From Candidatus Poribacteria bacterium (lineage in GTDB: Bacteria > Poribacteria > WGA-4E > WGA-3G), in contig OZ251518.1 in the NCBI GenBank assembly GCA_965242965.1, forward strand, positions 2,080,001 through 2,144,000: DNA of 64,000 nt, in the 5' to 3' direction. A program made the position numbers and the translations under genes. Numbering within the stretch: the first letter of the stretch is position 1; the number at the start of each line of letters is the position of its first letter. Below, piece after piece: positions 49,542 through 59,068 of the stretch. The notes under the pieces are model-generated. The model searched no databases and was not told where the DNA came from. It saw nothing but the letters and a program-made list of their open reading frames with translations.

Positions 49542-50978
49542 ATGTTTGACAAAATTATTCCTCGTAGTGAAGACTACGCCAAATGGTATACCCAAGTCAT
49601 CAGGCAAGCGGAGATGGCGGATTACGCGCCCGTGCGCGGATGCATGGTAGTGCGTCCCTACGGCTTCGCGCTCTGGGAGAACGTCAAAGCGCAATTGGAT
49701 GCGCGGTTTAAAGCGACCGGACACCAAAACGCCGCGTTCCCCCTTTTCATTCCAATGAGCTTCATCGAAAAAGAGGCCGAGCATGTGGAGGGTTTCAAAC
49801 CCGAACTTGCTGTTGTGACGCACGGCGGCGGCAAAAAGTTAGAAGAACCGCTTGTCGTTCGTCCCACCTCGGAGACTATCATCGGCTATATGTATAGCCA
49901 ATGGATCCAGTCCTACCGCGACCTGCCGGTGCTTATCAACCAGTGGGCAAACGTGGTGCGGTGGGAGTTGCGTCCCCGTCTTTTCCTCCGGACGATGGAA
50001 TTTTTCTGGCAGGAAGGCCATACGGCGCACGCCACACACGCCGAAGCGGAAGAGGAAACCCTCCGCATTCTTGACATCTACACTGACTTCGCGGTGAACG
50101 AAGCCGCGATTCCTGTCATCCCCGGTCGGAAAAGCGACAGCGAAAAGTTTCCCGGCGCGCTGACTTCCTATACCATTGAGGCGATGATGGGTGACAAACG
50201 CGCGCTCCAAGCCGGCACCTCGCACGACCTGGGGCAAAACTTCGCGAAAGCGTTTGACATTCAATATCTGGATGCAAACCAGAAACAGCAGCACTGCTGG
50301 ACGACCAGTTGGGGAGTCAGCACTCGCATGATAGGCGCGATAATCATGGCGCACGGCGATGACCAGGGGTTAGTGCTTCCCCCGCGCCTCGCACCGACGC
50401 AACTCGTCATCGTCCCAATTACGCCGAAGAACCGGGAAGACGACAAGCAGGCAGTCATGGATGCGGTTGCCAAGATATGTGAAACGTTAGACGGCGTTCG
50501 GTATCACGTTGACGATAGGCACGACTACTCAGTCGGCTGGCGATTCAACGAGTGGGAACTCAAAGGCGTGCCGCTGCGCATCGAGATTGGCCCCCGGGAC
50601 TTGGCGAAAAATCAGGTCGTCCTCGCGCGGCGCGATATCCCCGGCCGCGATGGCAAGACCTTCGTCTCGATTGCCAACGTTGCTGACGAGGTAAAGCAGA
50701 TGCTTGACACGATTCAAGCCGAGATGCTGAAACGGGCGACAGAATTCCGCGATGCGAACACCTTTGAACCTCTGTCTTATGAAGCGTTTCAGGAGGTTGT
50801 CGAGGAAGGATTCGCGCGCGCGCGGTGGTGCAGCAACGAAACTTGCGAAGACAAGGTAAAAGAGGAGACGCAGGCTACCGTCCGATGCATCCCGCTTGAG
50901 CAACCCGATGGCGCGGGGAGCTGCATCGTCTGTGGTTCAGTTGCAGAGGAGATGGCAGTTTTCGCGCGGGCGTATTGA
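49542..50978 (+). CDS. proS: Proline--tRNA ligase (archaeal/eukaryotic-like type)
   Basis: RPTSET, NQWANVVRWE, WQEGHT, LQAGTSHDLGQNF; ends FARAY. Confidence 0.98.
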   Translation: MFDKIIPRSEDYAKWYTQVIRQAEMADYAPVRGCMVVRPYGFALWENVKAQLDARFKATGHQNAAFPLFIPMSFIEKEAEHVEGFKPELAVVTHGGGKKLEEPLVVRPTSETIIGYMYSQWIQSYRDLPVLINQWANVVRWELRPRLFLRTMEFFWQEGHTAHATHAEAEEETLRILDIYTDFAVNEAAIPVIPGRKSDSEKFPGALTSYTIEAMMGDKRALQAGTSHDLGQNFAKAFDIQYLDANQKQQHCWTTSWGVSTRMIGAIIMAHGDDQGLVLPPRLAPTQLVIVPITPKNREDDKQAVMDAVAKICETLDGVRYHVDDRHDYSVGWRFNEWELKGVPLRIEIGPRDLAKNQVVLARRDIPGRDGKTFVSIANVADEVKQMLDTIQAEMLKRATEFRDANTFEPLSYEAFQEVVEEGFARARWCSNETCEDKVKEETQATVRCIPLEQPDGAGSCIVCGSVAEEMAVFARAY

Positions 50979-51046
50979 TCAACATCTGAAACTCCCGGTA
51001 TGCCCGCTTTGAAAGCGCGCATATCGGGTTCATCCAATCGAAAAAT

Positions 51047-51949
51047 ATGAGCATACTTGTTAACAAACACACAAAAGTCATCGTCCAAGGGATTACTGGC
51101 AGTTCCGGACGTTTTCATACCGAGCAGTGCGCCGCTTACGGCACCCAGATTGTCGCTGGTGCAGTGCCGGGCAGAGGCGGCACCGATGTCAACGGCATCC
51201 CGGTTTTTGATACCGTCGCGGAAGGCGTTGAAGCAACCGGTGCGGATACCTCCATGATTCTCGTTCCTGCGCGATTCGCCGCCGATTCGGTGATGGAAGC
51301 CGCCGCTGCTGGTGTCCACCAGATCGTCTGTATCTCCGAACACATCCCGGTTCTGGATATGGTGCGCGCGAAAGCGTTTCTGAAGAGGGTGAGCGATGTC
51401 AATCCCGCCATCATTCCGAACGGACCGCCGCGTCTCATCGGCCCGAACTGTCCGGGCATTATTACCCCAGACGAGTGCAAGATCGGCGTGATGCCGGCGT
51501 TCGCCTATAGTCCGGGCAACGTCGGCATTGTCTCCCGAAGCGGCACGTTGACTTACGAGGCGGCGTTCCAACTCAAGCAACTCGGCATCGGGCAATCCAC
51601 CTGCGTCGGTATCGGCGGAGACCCGGTGATTGGCACGAACTTTGTCGATGTCCTTCGGCTTTTTGAAGCAGATGACGAAACACACGCCGTTGTGCTAATC
51701 GGCGAGATTGGCGGCGCGGCGGAAGAGACAGCGGCGGAATTCGTGAAGAACTCCATGACGAAGCCTGTCGTCGGTTTTATTGCGGGACAAACCGCGCCGC
51801 CCGGCAAACGGATGGGACATGCAGGCGCGATTATCTCCGGCGGCAAAGGCACTGCATCCGAGAAAATAGCATCCCTGGAAGCAGCTGGCATTGTCGTAGC
51901 GGAAAGCCTCGCGACTATCGGGCACACCGTCGCGAATGTTTTGACGTAG
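51047..51949 (+). CDS. sucD: Succinyl-CoA ligase alpha subunit
   Basis: [27 protein letters not shown] motifs. Confidence 0.98.
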   Translation: MSILVNKHTKVIVQGITGSSGRFHTEQCAAYGTQIVAGAVPGRGGTDVNGIPVFDTVAEGVEATGADTSMILVPARFAADSVMEAAAAGVHQIVCISEHIPVLDMVRAKAFLKRVSDVNPAIIPNGPPRLIGPNCPGIITPDECKIGVMPAFAYSPGNVGIVSRSGTLTYEAAFQLKQLGIGQSTCVGIGGDPVIGTNFVDVLRLFEADDETHAVVLIGEIGGAAEETAAEFVKNSMTKPVVGFIAGQTAPPGKRMGHAGAIISGGKGTASEKIASLEAAGIVVAESLATIGHTVANVLT

Positions 51950-52310
51950 GTTGTCTGAACCTGACCCGTTCGGGTGCAGGCGCACCCGAACTACAGAACT
52001 AGCGTGCGCGCTTCCCTGTAGTTCAAGATCGCCTGATCTTGATCCGGTACCCGAACCATAGGGATCCCATTCGGGTGCAGGCGCACCCGAACTACAGAAC
52101 TAGCGGGCGCGCCATCTGTAGGTCAGGATCGCCTGATCCTGACCTGGTCCCGAACTATAGGACTTCCGTTCGGGTGCAGGCGCACCCGAACTACAGAGCT
52201 AGAGGGCGTGCCATCTGTAGGTCAGGATCGCCTGATCCTGACCTGGTTGTAATCAGGTGTGCATCGAGACCGGAAGAAATCGAGACCGGGAGGTCTCTCC
52301 TACAGGGACA
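51946..52310. repeat. REP mosaic (ttcgggtgcaggcgcacccgaactac three times, alternating with gtaggtcaggatcgcctgatcctgac-type units)
   Basis: Read directly. Confidence 0.88.
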
Positions 52311-52351
52311 TCGATTGCATCAAGACTGGAGCGAAACTTTAAGAGGAAAAA

Positions 52352-52618
52352 ATGATGAAGACCCTGCAAGTCCCAGAGTTCTCGACGTATGAGGAGGAAG
52401 CAACTTTTTGGGACAACCTTGACACCGCCGATTTCATGGAGGATGATGGACAGTGGTTCCGCTTTGAGACAGCGCACAAGCGCGCGATTCGGATTGCGAT
52501 TTTACCAGAAATCGCCGAAGAACTCTGGCAAAAAGCGCAAGCCCAAGACGTATCCATTGAAACCTTGGTGAATGTCCTTTTGATTGACTCCCTTAGGGAA
52601 TCCAAACCCCCAGGTTAA
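52352..52618 (+). CDS. CopG/BrnA-type antitoxin (orphan)
   Basis: VPEFSTYEEEATFWD motif plus RHH-like C-terminus. Confidence 0.75.
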   Translation: MMKTLQVPEFSTYEEEATFWDNLDTADFMEDDGQWFRFETAHKRAIRIAILPEIAEELWQKAQAQDVSIETLVNVLLIDSLRESKPPG

Positions 52619-52696
52619 CGACGCGGCGATGCACGTTTAGGGGCTCACTTTGGCAGCGCGCCAACGCGGTTCCCTCTCAAAAAATGGAGAGATCCG

Positions 52697-53563
52697 GTGA
52701 AAAAAGACATCCGTTACCTACAGACGAAAAAACAGCGGCGTGAACCGATTACGGTGCTGACCTGCTACGATTATCCTACCGCTTGCCTGCAAGAGAAAGC
52801 CGGGATTGACATCATCTTCGTCGGCGACAGTGTCGGCACGAACGTCCTCGGCTACCAAAGCGAGACAGAGGTGACGATGGCGGATATGCTCCATCATCTG
52901 AAAGCGGTGCGCCGTGGCGTGACAGATGCCTATCTCCTCGTCGATCTGCCTTTTGCCGCGGCGCGGCAGCCAGCACAAGCAGTCTCAAATGCGAACCTTT
53001 TTGTATCGCACGGCGCAGATGGCGTGAAGTTGGAGGGAGGCGTTGAAAAAGTGCCGATTATCGCCGCCTTAACCGAAGCCGGCATTGAGTCATGCGCGCA
53101 CATCGGGCACAATCCGCAAATCCATGGCACGAAAGCCGCCACGCACGGAAAAACAGTCGCGAAGGCGAAGCAACTCATTGAAACCGCTGTCGCGCTCACC
53201 GAAGCTGGCGCGCAGTGCATCGTGCTAGAAAAGGTCACCGAAGAGGTAAGTCAACTCATCACCGAAAGTGTCTCTATCCCAACCATCGGCATCGGCGCGG
53301 GGCGGTTTTGTGACGGACAGGTGCTGGTTATCAACGATGTTTTGGGGATGGGACCTGCCTTCAAGCATGCCAAACGGTATCAAGAGTCTGGTAGTCTGAC
53401 GTTTGAAGCGATTTGCCGATATAAGCAAGAGGTTGAAGGTGGCGATTTTCCTACTGATGCCAATGCCGCGCATATCGCGCCTGATAAATTGGAGAGGGTT
53501 CGGAAGTGGTTGCAGTTGAGGCACTCGTCCGTTTCACATCAAACGCCTCCAGAGAAAACATAA
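52697..53563 (+). CDS. panB: 3-methyl-2-oxobutanoate hydroxymethyltransferase
   Basis: LTCYD, VGDS, VKLEGG, PTIGIGAG..DGQVLV motifs. Confidence 0.96.
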   Translation: MKKDIRYLQTKKQRREPITVLTCYDYPTACLQEKAGIDIIFVGDSVGTNVLGYQSETEVTMADMLHHLKAVRRGVTDAYLLVDLPFAAARQPAQAVSNANLFVSHGADGVKLEGGVEKVPIIAALTEAGIESCAHIGHNPQIHGTKAATHGKTVAKAKQLIETAVALTEAGAQCIVLEKVTEEVSQLITESVSIPTIGIGAGRFCDGQVLVINDVLGMGPAFKHAKRYQESGSLTFEAICRYKQEVEGGDFPTDANAAHIAPDKLERVRKWLQLRHSSVSHQTPPEKT

Positions 53564-53875
53564 ATGGAATTTCAAATTGACGAAACCCGTAAGCAGATTG
53601 CCATCTTTTTGCCGATGACGACTCCGACAGGGAAAGCCCGGGTCAAACGTCCGATTTCGGGGCAGCAGCCCGAACCCGTCGCAACTCGGCAGAAAACGGT
53701 TGAACCCGATGACTATATTGAATGGCAAATCGCTTATGAAACTAGCGACCCTGATGAACCTTCTGCCTTAGCGAAAGTGCAGTCTTCAAAGGGGTGGAGA
53801 ACCACCGAGATACTGGCGGCAATCGCCGTGGTGAGGCGAGTTGTGTTCTGTCCACTGTCTGGAGCCCTGCAGTAG
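53564..53875 (+). pseudogene. Truncated R.PabI-family restriction glycosylase-like gene
   Basis: LPMTTPTGKARVKR..PVATRQ..YIEWQIAY resembles the R.PabI family N-terminus; similarity is lost after ~53785. Confidence 0.6.
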
Positions 53876-53994
53876 TGGAAACCTTTCGTCTCCGCAAGAA
53901 AAATGAAACCAAATCCGAAACAGAAACGTTCTAAAATAACAGTGGGAGAACGTCACATCCGCCGTCTTTACCCAAACTATCTTTACCCTGAACT

Positions 53995-54039
53995 CGCCGA
54001 GGGCGCGGCAGCCCATGGCATAACCGAGAAGGAGACACT
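53995..54039 (+). repeat. Leader hairpin plus RBS, copy 1
   Basis: cgccgagggcgcggcagcccatggcataaccgagaaggagaca. Confidence 0.9.
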
Positions 54040-55782
54040 ATGCACTTCAATCTGTTTGAACCAAAGGTTCTGAAACTCCACGAGGTTGTGGAAAATCCAC
54101 ACTTTGAAATCCCAACATTCCAACGCGATGTCGTCTGGACACCAAAACAGATGGTAACGCTTATTGACTCTGTCTATCGCGGTATCCCTATCAACTCCCT
54201 CTATATATGGAATTGTGAAGGTATCTGGACAAAAGACGGAACCGAATCCGATGCGGATACGCAGCTTGTCATTGATGGACAACAGCGTCTTACCGCCTTG
54301 AAAGCGGTGCTACTCGGCGAGCCATACTACAACCGCAACGGGAGACTGCAAAACATCAAGGTTGCCTTTCACCCGATTGAGGGGACGTTCCGCAAGGTGG
54401 ATAACAGATTCCGCCCCAACGACAAACACGTTCCAAATCTCGCGACGTTTTATGCAAACCCCGAGGCCGAAACAAAAAAATACGAGAACCGCAATGAACG
54501 TAAACTGACTGCCGAAGAAAAAGAGACCGTGGCAGCAAATCTGAAAAGTCTCCAGGCGATCAAAACATTGCCTGTCGCTGTCTACCAGATTTCCAGCACG
54601 GCCACTCTGGAGCAGGTTTACCTGTGCTTTGAGCGCACTAACACCGGTGGCACTAAAGTCAGTAAAGCGGACTTGTGCATGGCATGGTTGGAAGTCTACC
54701 GACCGCTGCTGGCAGAAGGAATCACCTTTTTCAGTCAAGGGATTCAACCCCAAATGGGGTATAACACACCGAACACAAGTCGCAAATTCGACAAAAGCAA
54801 GTTTGCAAAAGCAACCCAATGGATTCGTTCGGTAAATGGTCAGTCCTTCTGCTACCGGCCCGAAGCCGGACACGTTGCCGGCTTGCTCTTCAACATCCTC
54901 CAAGATGGGAAAAGGTTCAACTTGGGGACTATCGCCAGACAGCTGCTGAGCGACACAGGAAACGCTTCATCTCAAAATAAGAATCAGGCGCGCGTGGACA
55001 GCGCATTCCTTGAAATCGTCAACCAGGAGAATTTCAACCGATTCAACCAAATTATCGGCCAATTTCCGGATATCAACCCCACCGATAAGGGGTATGCATA
55101 TTGGTTATTCCTCCGCTGCCGACGAGAGTCCAGCCAAAAGGGATATACCGGCGAAAAGATAGCGAGGCTGCTTCAACGGTGGTATCTCTTGCAACTCTTG
55201 AGCAGCATAAGCGCCACCGGCCCTGTCGCCTTCAGCAGATACCTACCCGGGTTTGCGCAAGCCGGCGGCCTGGAAGGCTATCTCCGAACACTGGATGTCG
55301 GTTTGCCAGAAAACTTCTGGACAGAGGGACTTCCTAACGAACTGAGGACGGGAGTCGCAAAGACAACCATCCCGAAAGTCGAGAGAGCCTGGGAGATGGT
55401 ACAAATTCTAGAAGGGAGGAAAGCCCTCTTTGACGACGCAGTGCCAATCGAGAGACTCCAGTCAAACCGCCTGAGATCAAGACACCACCTCTACCCGCAG
55501 GATCTGCTGAAAAAAGAGGGCGTTCCTGAACCCAAGATAAACGCTATTGCCAACCGCGCGATAACCACCAGAGAGGTGAACAGCAGCATCGGGAACAGAA
55601 AACTGCACCGATTCATTGAAGACGCGGAAGAAAGAGGCGTGCTTTGGAATGCGCAGGAGCATCTGGAGGCACACTGCATTCCGAACAGTGCAGGCACTCT
55701 GCCTTACGAGGAGTTCCTCGCCGAGCGAGCCCGGTTGATGGCAGCGCGTATCCAGAAAGTCTACGAAGCCTTAAAGCTGTAA
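54040..55782 (+). CDS. DUF262 (GmrSD-like) protein with C-terminal HNH/DUF1524-like region, paralogue 1
   Basis: IPTFQRDVVW, IDGQQRLT, FERTNTGG; HHLYP..NAIAN..N..IGN. Confidence 0.88.
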   Translation: MHFNLFEPKVLKLHEVVENPHFEIPTFQRDVVWTPKQMVTLIDSVYRGIPINSLYIWNCEGIWTKDGTESDADTQLVIDGQQRLTALKAVLLGEPYYNRNGRLQNIKVAFHPIEGTFRKVDNRFRPNDKHVPNLATFYANPEAETKKYENRNERKLTAEEKETVAANLKSLQAIKTLPVAVYQISSTATLEQVYLCFERTNTGGTKVSKADLCMAWLEVYRPLLAEGITFFSQGIQPQMGYNTPNTSRKFDKSKFAKATQWIRSVNGQSFCYRPEAGHVAGLLFNILQDGKRFNLGTIARQLLSDTGNASSQNKNQARVDSAFLEIVNQENFNRFNQIIGQFPDINPTDKGYAYWLFLRCRRESSQKGYTGEKIARLLQRWYLLQLLSSISATGPVAFSRYLPGFAQAGGLEGYLRTLDVGLPENFWTEGLPNELRTGVAKTTIPKVERAWEMVQILEGRKALFDDAVPIERLQSNRLRSRHHLYPQDLLKKEGVPEPKINAIANRAITTREVNSSIGNRKLHRFIEDAEERGVLWNAQEHLEAHCIPNSAGTLPYEEFLAERARLMAARIQKVYEALKL

Positions 55783-55787
55783 ACTTC

Positions 55788-55832
55788 CGCCGAGGGCGCG
55801 GCAGCCCACGGCATAACCGAGAAGGAGACAAC
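55788..55832 (+). repeat. Leader hairpin plus RBS, copy 2
   Basis: cgccgagggcgcggcagcccacggcataaccgagaaggagaca. Confidence 0.9.
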
Positions 55833-57575
55833 ATGGATCTCAACCCGTTTGAACTCAAGGTTCTGAAACTCCACGAGGTTGTGGAAAATCTACACTTTGA
55901 ATTCCCAACATTCCAACGCGATTTTGTCTGGACTCGAAACCAGATGATAACGCTTATCGACTCTGTCTATCGCGGTATCCCCATCAACTCCCTCTACACG
56001 TGGAATTGCGAAGGGATTCCGATGAAAACAGGAACAGAATCTAATAAGAATATGCAGCTTGTCGTTGATGGACAACAGCGTATTACCTCCCTGAAAGCGA
56101 TGCTACTCGGCAAGTCATACTATGACCGCACCGGGCGGAGGCAACGCATCGAGGTTGCCTTCCACCCGATTGAGGGAACGTTCCACAAGGTGGATAGCAA
56201 ATTCCGCCCTAACGACAAACACGTTCCAAACCTCGCGACGTTCTATGCAAACCCCGAAGCCGAAACCACAGCATACCACACGCGGAATCAAGGGCAGCTG
56301 ACAGATGAGGAAAAAGCACTCGTGGCAACGAATCTGGAACATCTCAAAACGATGAAGGATTTGCCCATCTTCGTCTATCAGATTTCTAACGAGACCACTC
56401 TCGACCAGGTTCACCTGTGCTTTGAGCGCTCTAATAGTGAGGGTAAGCAAGTCAGTCAAGGCGACTTATGTCTGGCATGGTTGTCGGCATACCAGCCACT
56501 GCTGGCAGAAGGAATCACCCTCTTCTGCCAAGGGATTCAGTTCGGGAAGCAAATCCCCAACCTCCTTGAAGAGAGTCCCCAATTTGAGGGAAGTCCATTC
56601 GCACAAGCCATCCGATGGATTGAGTTGGAAGACGACAGAGTCGTCGCCTACCAACCCGAAGCGAAAGAGGTTGCCGACTTGCTTTTCAACATCGTCCTAG
56701 ATGGGAAAAAGTTTGACCTGGGGACTATCGCCAGACAGCTGCTGGGCGACACGGGAAACGCTGCGGCTCAAGGCGAGAATCAGACGCGCGTGGACAGTGC
56801 TTTCCGCGAAATCGTCAACAGCGAGAATTTCAACGAGTTCAACGACATTCTCGGCCAATTGCCGGGTATCAACCGCACCCAGAGCAATTACGCATATTGG
56901 TTGTTCCTCCGCTGCCGGCGAGAGTCCAGCCAAAAGAGATATACCGACGAAAAGATAGCGCGGCTGCTTCAGCAGTGGTATCTTTTGCAACTCTTGGGGA
57001 GCATGCGCGTTGGTGGTGCTGTCGCTTTCATCAGATACCTACAAGGTTTTGCACAAGCCGGCAGCCTGGAAGGCTATCTCCAAACCTTGGAGGCAGATTT
57101 GCCCGAAAACTTCTGGACAGAGCAACTCCCCGAAAAGTTGCAGAAACAAGCCAAAGGCGACACACTGAAGGTCGCGAGGGCATGGGAGACGGTGCAAATC
57201 CTAGCGGAGACGAAAGCCCTCTTTGACAACACCGTCTCCATCGCAGAACTGCACGCAAGAGGGCTGATATCAAGACACCACCTCTACCCGCGGAATCTGC
57301 TGAAAAAAGAGGGCGTTCCTGAACCCAAGATAAACGCCATCGCCAACAGCGCGATAACCACGAAAGAGGTGAGCAGCCGCATCGGGAACAGAAAACTGCA
57401 CCGATTCATCGAAGACGCGGAAGATAAGGGCACGCTTGAGAATGCGCAGGAGCATCTGGAGGCACACTGCATTCCGAGCGGTGCGGGTACCCTGCCTTAT
57501 GAGGAGTTCCTCGCCGCGCGAGCCCAGTTGATGGCGGCACATATCCGGAAGGTCTACGAAGACTTAAAACGGTAG
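55833..57575 (+). CDS. DUF262 (GmrSD-like) protein, paralogue 2
   Basis: FPTFQRDFVW, VDGQQRIT, FERSNSEG, HHLYP; ATG at 55833 after AAGGAG. Confidence 0.88.
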   Translation: MDLNPFELKVLKLHEVVENLHFEFPTFQRDFVWTRNQMITLIDSVYRGIPINSLYTWNCEGIPMKTGTESNKNMQLVVDGQQRITSLKAMLLGKSYYDRTGRRQRIEVAFHPIEGTFHKVDSKFRPNDKHVPNLATFYANPEAETTAYHTRNQGQLTDEEKALVATNLEHLKTMKDLPIFVYQISNETTLDQVHLCFERSNSEGKQVSQGDLCLAWLSAYQPLLAEGITLFCQGIQFGKQIPNLLEESPQFEGSPFAQAIRWIELEDDRVVAYQPEAKEVADLLFNIVLDGKKFDLGTIARQLLGDTGNAAAQGENQTRVDSAFREIVNSENFNEFNDILGQLPGINRTQSNYAYWLFLRCRRESSQKRYTDEKIARLLQQWYLLQLLGSMRVGGAVAFIRYLQGFAQAGSLEGYLQTLEADLPENFWTEQLPEKLQKQAKGDTLKVARAWETVQILAETKALFDNTVSIAELHARGLISRHHLYPRNLLKKEGVPEPKINAIANSAITTKEVSSRIGNRKLHRFIEDAEDKGTLENAQEHLEAHCIPSGAGTLPYEEFLAARAQLMAAHIRKVYEDLKR

Positions 57576-57590
57576 CCATCCTCACTCTCA

Positions 57591-57617
57591 AGTCCCGCGA
57601 TGGAGAATCGCGGGACT
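57591..57617 (+). terminator. Hairpin after the DUF262 pair
   Basis: agtcccgcgat/atcgcgggact stem with a weak T tail. Confidence 0.55.
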
Positions 57618-57665
57618 CGCGCTTTCTGAACTGTTCACACAGTCACGTATCTTCATCAACTAAAG

Positions 57666-58461
57666 TGAGGGTGTGTCATAACTCAATGCCTTCCCGGTAG
57701 GAGAGCCCTCCTGGTCTCGATGCAATAGGGCGGCGCGCCTACCGGGGCAGCGGCGGCAGAAAGCCCGCCCCTTCACCGTAGGGCGAGGGCCTGTCCCTCG
57801 CCATCAATCGCGCTACGGAAAAAACGTCTTTTGTTCTCTTCAGGTCCTTTAGGACCTAATGTCTATAGCCTGCGCGCCTGCGAAGAACACTAAGGTCCTT
57901 TAGGTCCTTAATAGACTTTGAAATGCAGCGTGGTTTTTTATTAAGGTCCTAATGGACCTTGACGTGGGCAGACACGTGCTGCTATAGACATTAAGTCCTA
58001 AAGGACCTAAGACAGCATCTTGACGATGGAGATCGCGGGGGCCTGTCCCCCGCGCTACGGTAACGGGAGGGTTTCTTGGGCGAAAAACGGCCCTTTCATC
58101 GTAGGGCGAGGGCCTGTCCCTCGCCAGCGTTCGATCGCCAGACCCCCTCCCCTCCGTAGGTTAAGAACACCTGCTCTTGACCCGTTTGTGATCAGGCGAT
58201 CACAAACTACAGAGACGGAAACATACATCGTAACGATGGAGATCGCGGGGGACAGGCCCCCGCGCTACGAAAAAAAAAACGGTTATCAAACCATCGCGGG
58301 GGACAGGCCCCCGCGCTACGATGAAATAACGGTTCTCCAACCATCGCGGGGGAAACCCGCTCGGATGCGCGGATGGCATCCGAGGGCCCCCGCGCTACGG
58401 GAACATCGAGACCGGGACGGCGCGACGACAAGAAAAATCAAGACCAGGAGGGCTCTCCTAC
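57666..58461. repeat. REP mosaic with four-box palindrome (57840-58010)
   Basis: Starts tgagggtgtgtcata; the last REP overlaps the trpG/pabA stop codon. Confidence 0.88.
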
Positions 58462-59027
58462 CCAGACATCACCAGAAAATTCCCCAACAACTCCTTACCC
58501 GCCAACGTCAGGATAGACTCCGGATGGAATTGCACCCCCCAAACTGGCAACGTCTTGTGCCGAAGACCCATGATTTCACCCTGATCCGTCCATGCCGTGA
58601 CTTGCAAGCACTCCGGCAACGTCTCTCGCTTGACGATGAGCGAATGATACCGCGTCGCCTCAAACGGGTTATCTAAACCTTCAAATAACTCCGCGCCATC
58701 GTGCGCGACAGGGGAGGTTTTGCCGTGCATCAACCGATCCGCGCGGACCACTTCACCGCCGAAGACCTCGCCGATGCACTGATGCCCCAAGCAAACGCCT
58801 AAAATCGGAACTTTGCCCGCAAAATGACGGATGACATCGTTTGAAATGCCGGCTTCCGTCGGTGTGCAAGGACCCGGCGATATGACGACGCGCTCCGGTG
58901 CCAACGCATCCAACTGAGCCAACGTCACTTTTCGGCTCCGATGCACCTGCAACTCCGCGCCTAACTCGCCGAAATACTGCACGAGGTTATAGGTAAATGA
59001 ATCGTAATTGTCAATCATCAAGACCAC
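58458..59027 (-). CDS. Anthranilate/aminodeoxychorismate synthase glutamine amidotransferase (TrpG or PabA)
   Basis: [33 protein letters not shown] motifs. Confidence 0.96.
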   Translation of the reverse strand: MVLMIDNYDSFTYNLVQYFGELGAELQVHRSRKVTLAQLDALAPERVVISPGPCTPTEAGISNDVIRHFAGKVPILGVCLGHQCIGEVFGGEVVRADRLMHGKTSPVAHDGAELFEGLDNPFEATRYHSLIVKRETLPECLQVTAWTDQGEIMGLRHKTLPVWGVQFHPESILTLAGKELLGNFLVMSG

Positions 59028-59068
59028 GGTTTTTTCTCCTTTTACGCAAATATAAACGGCGGTTCGCG

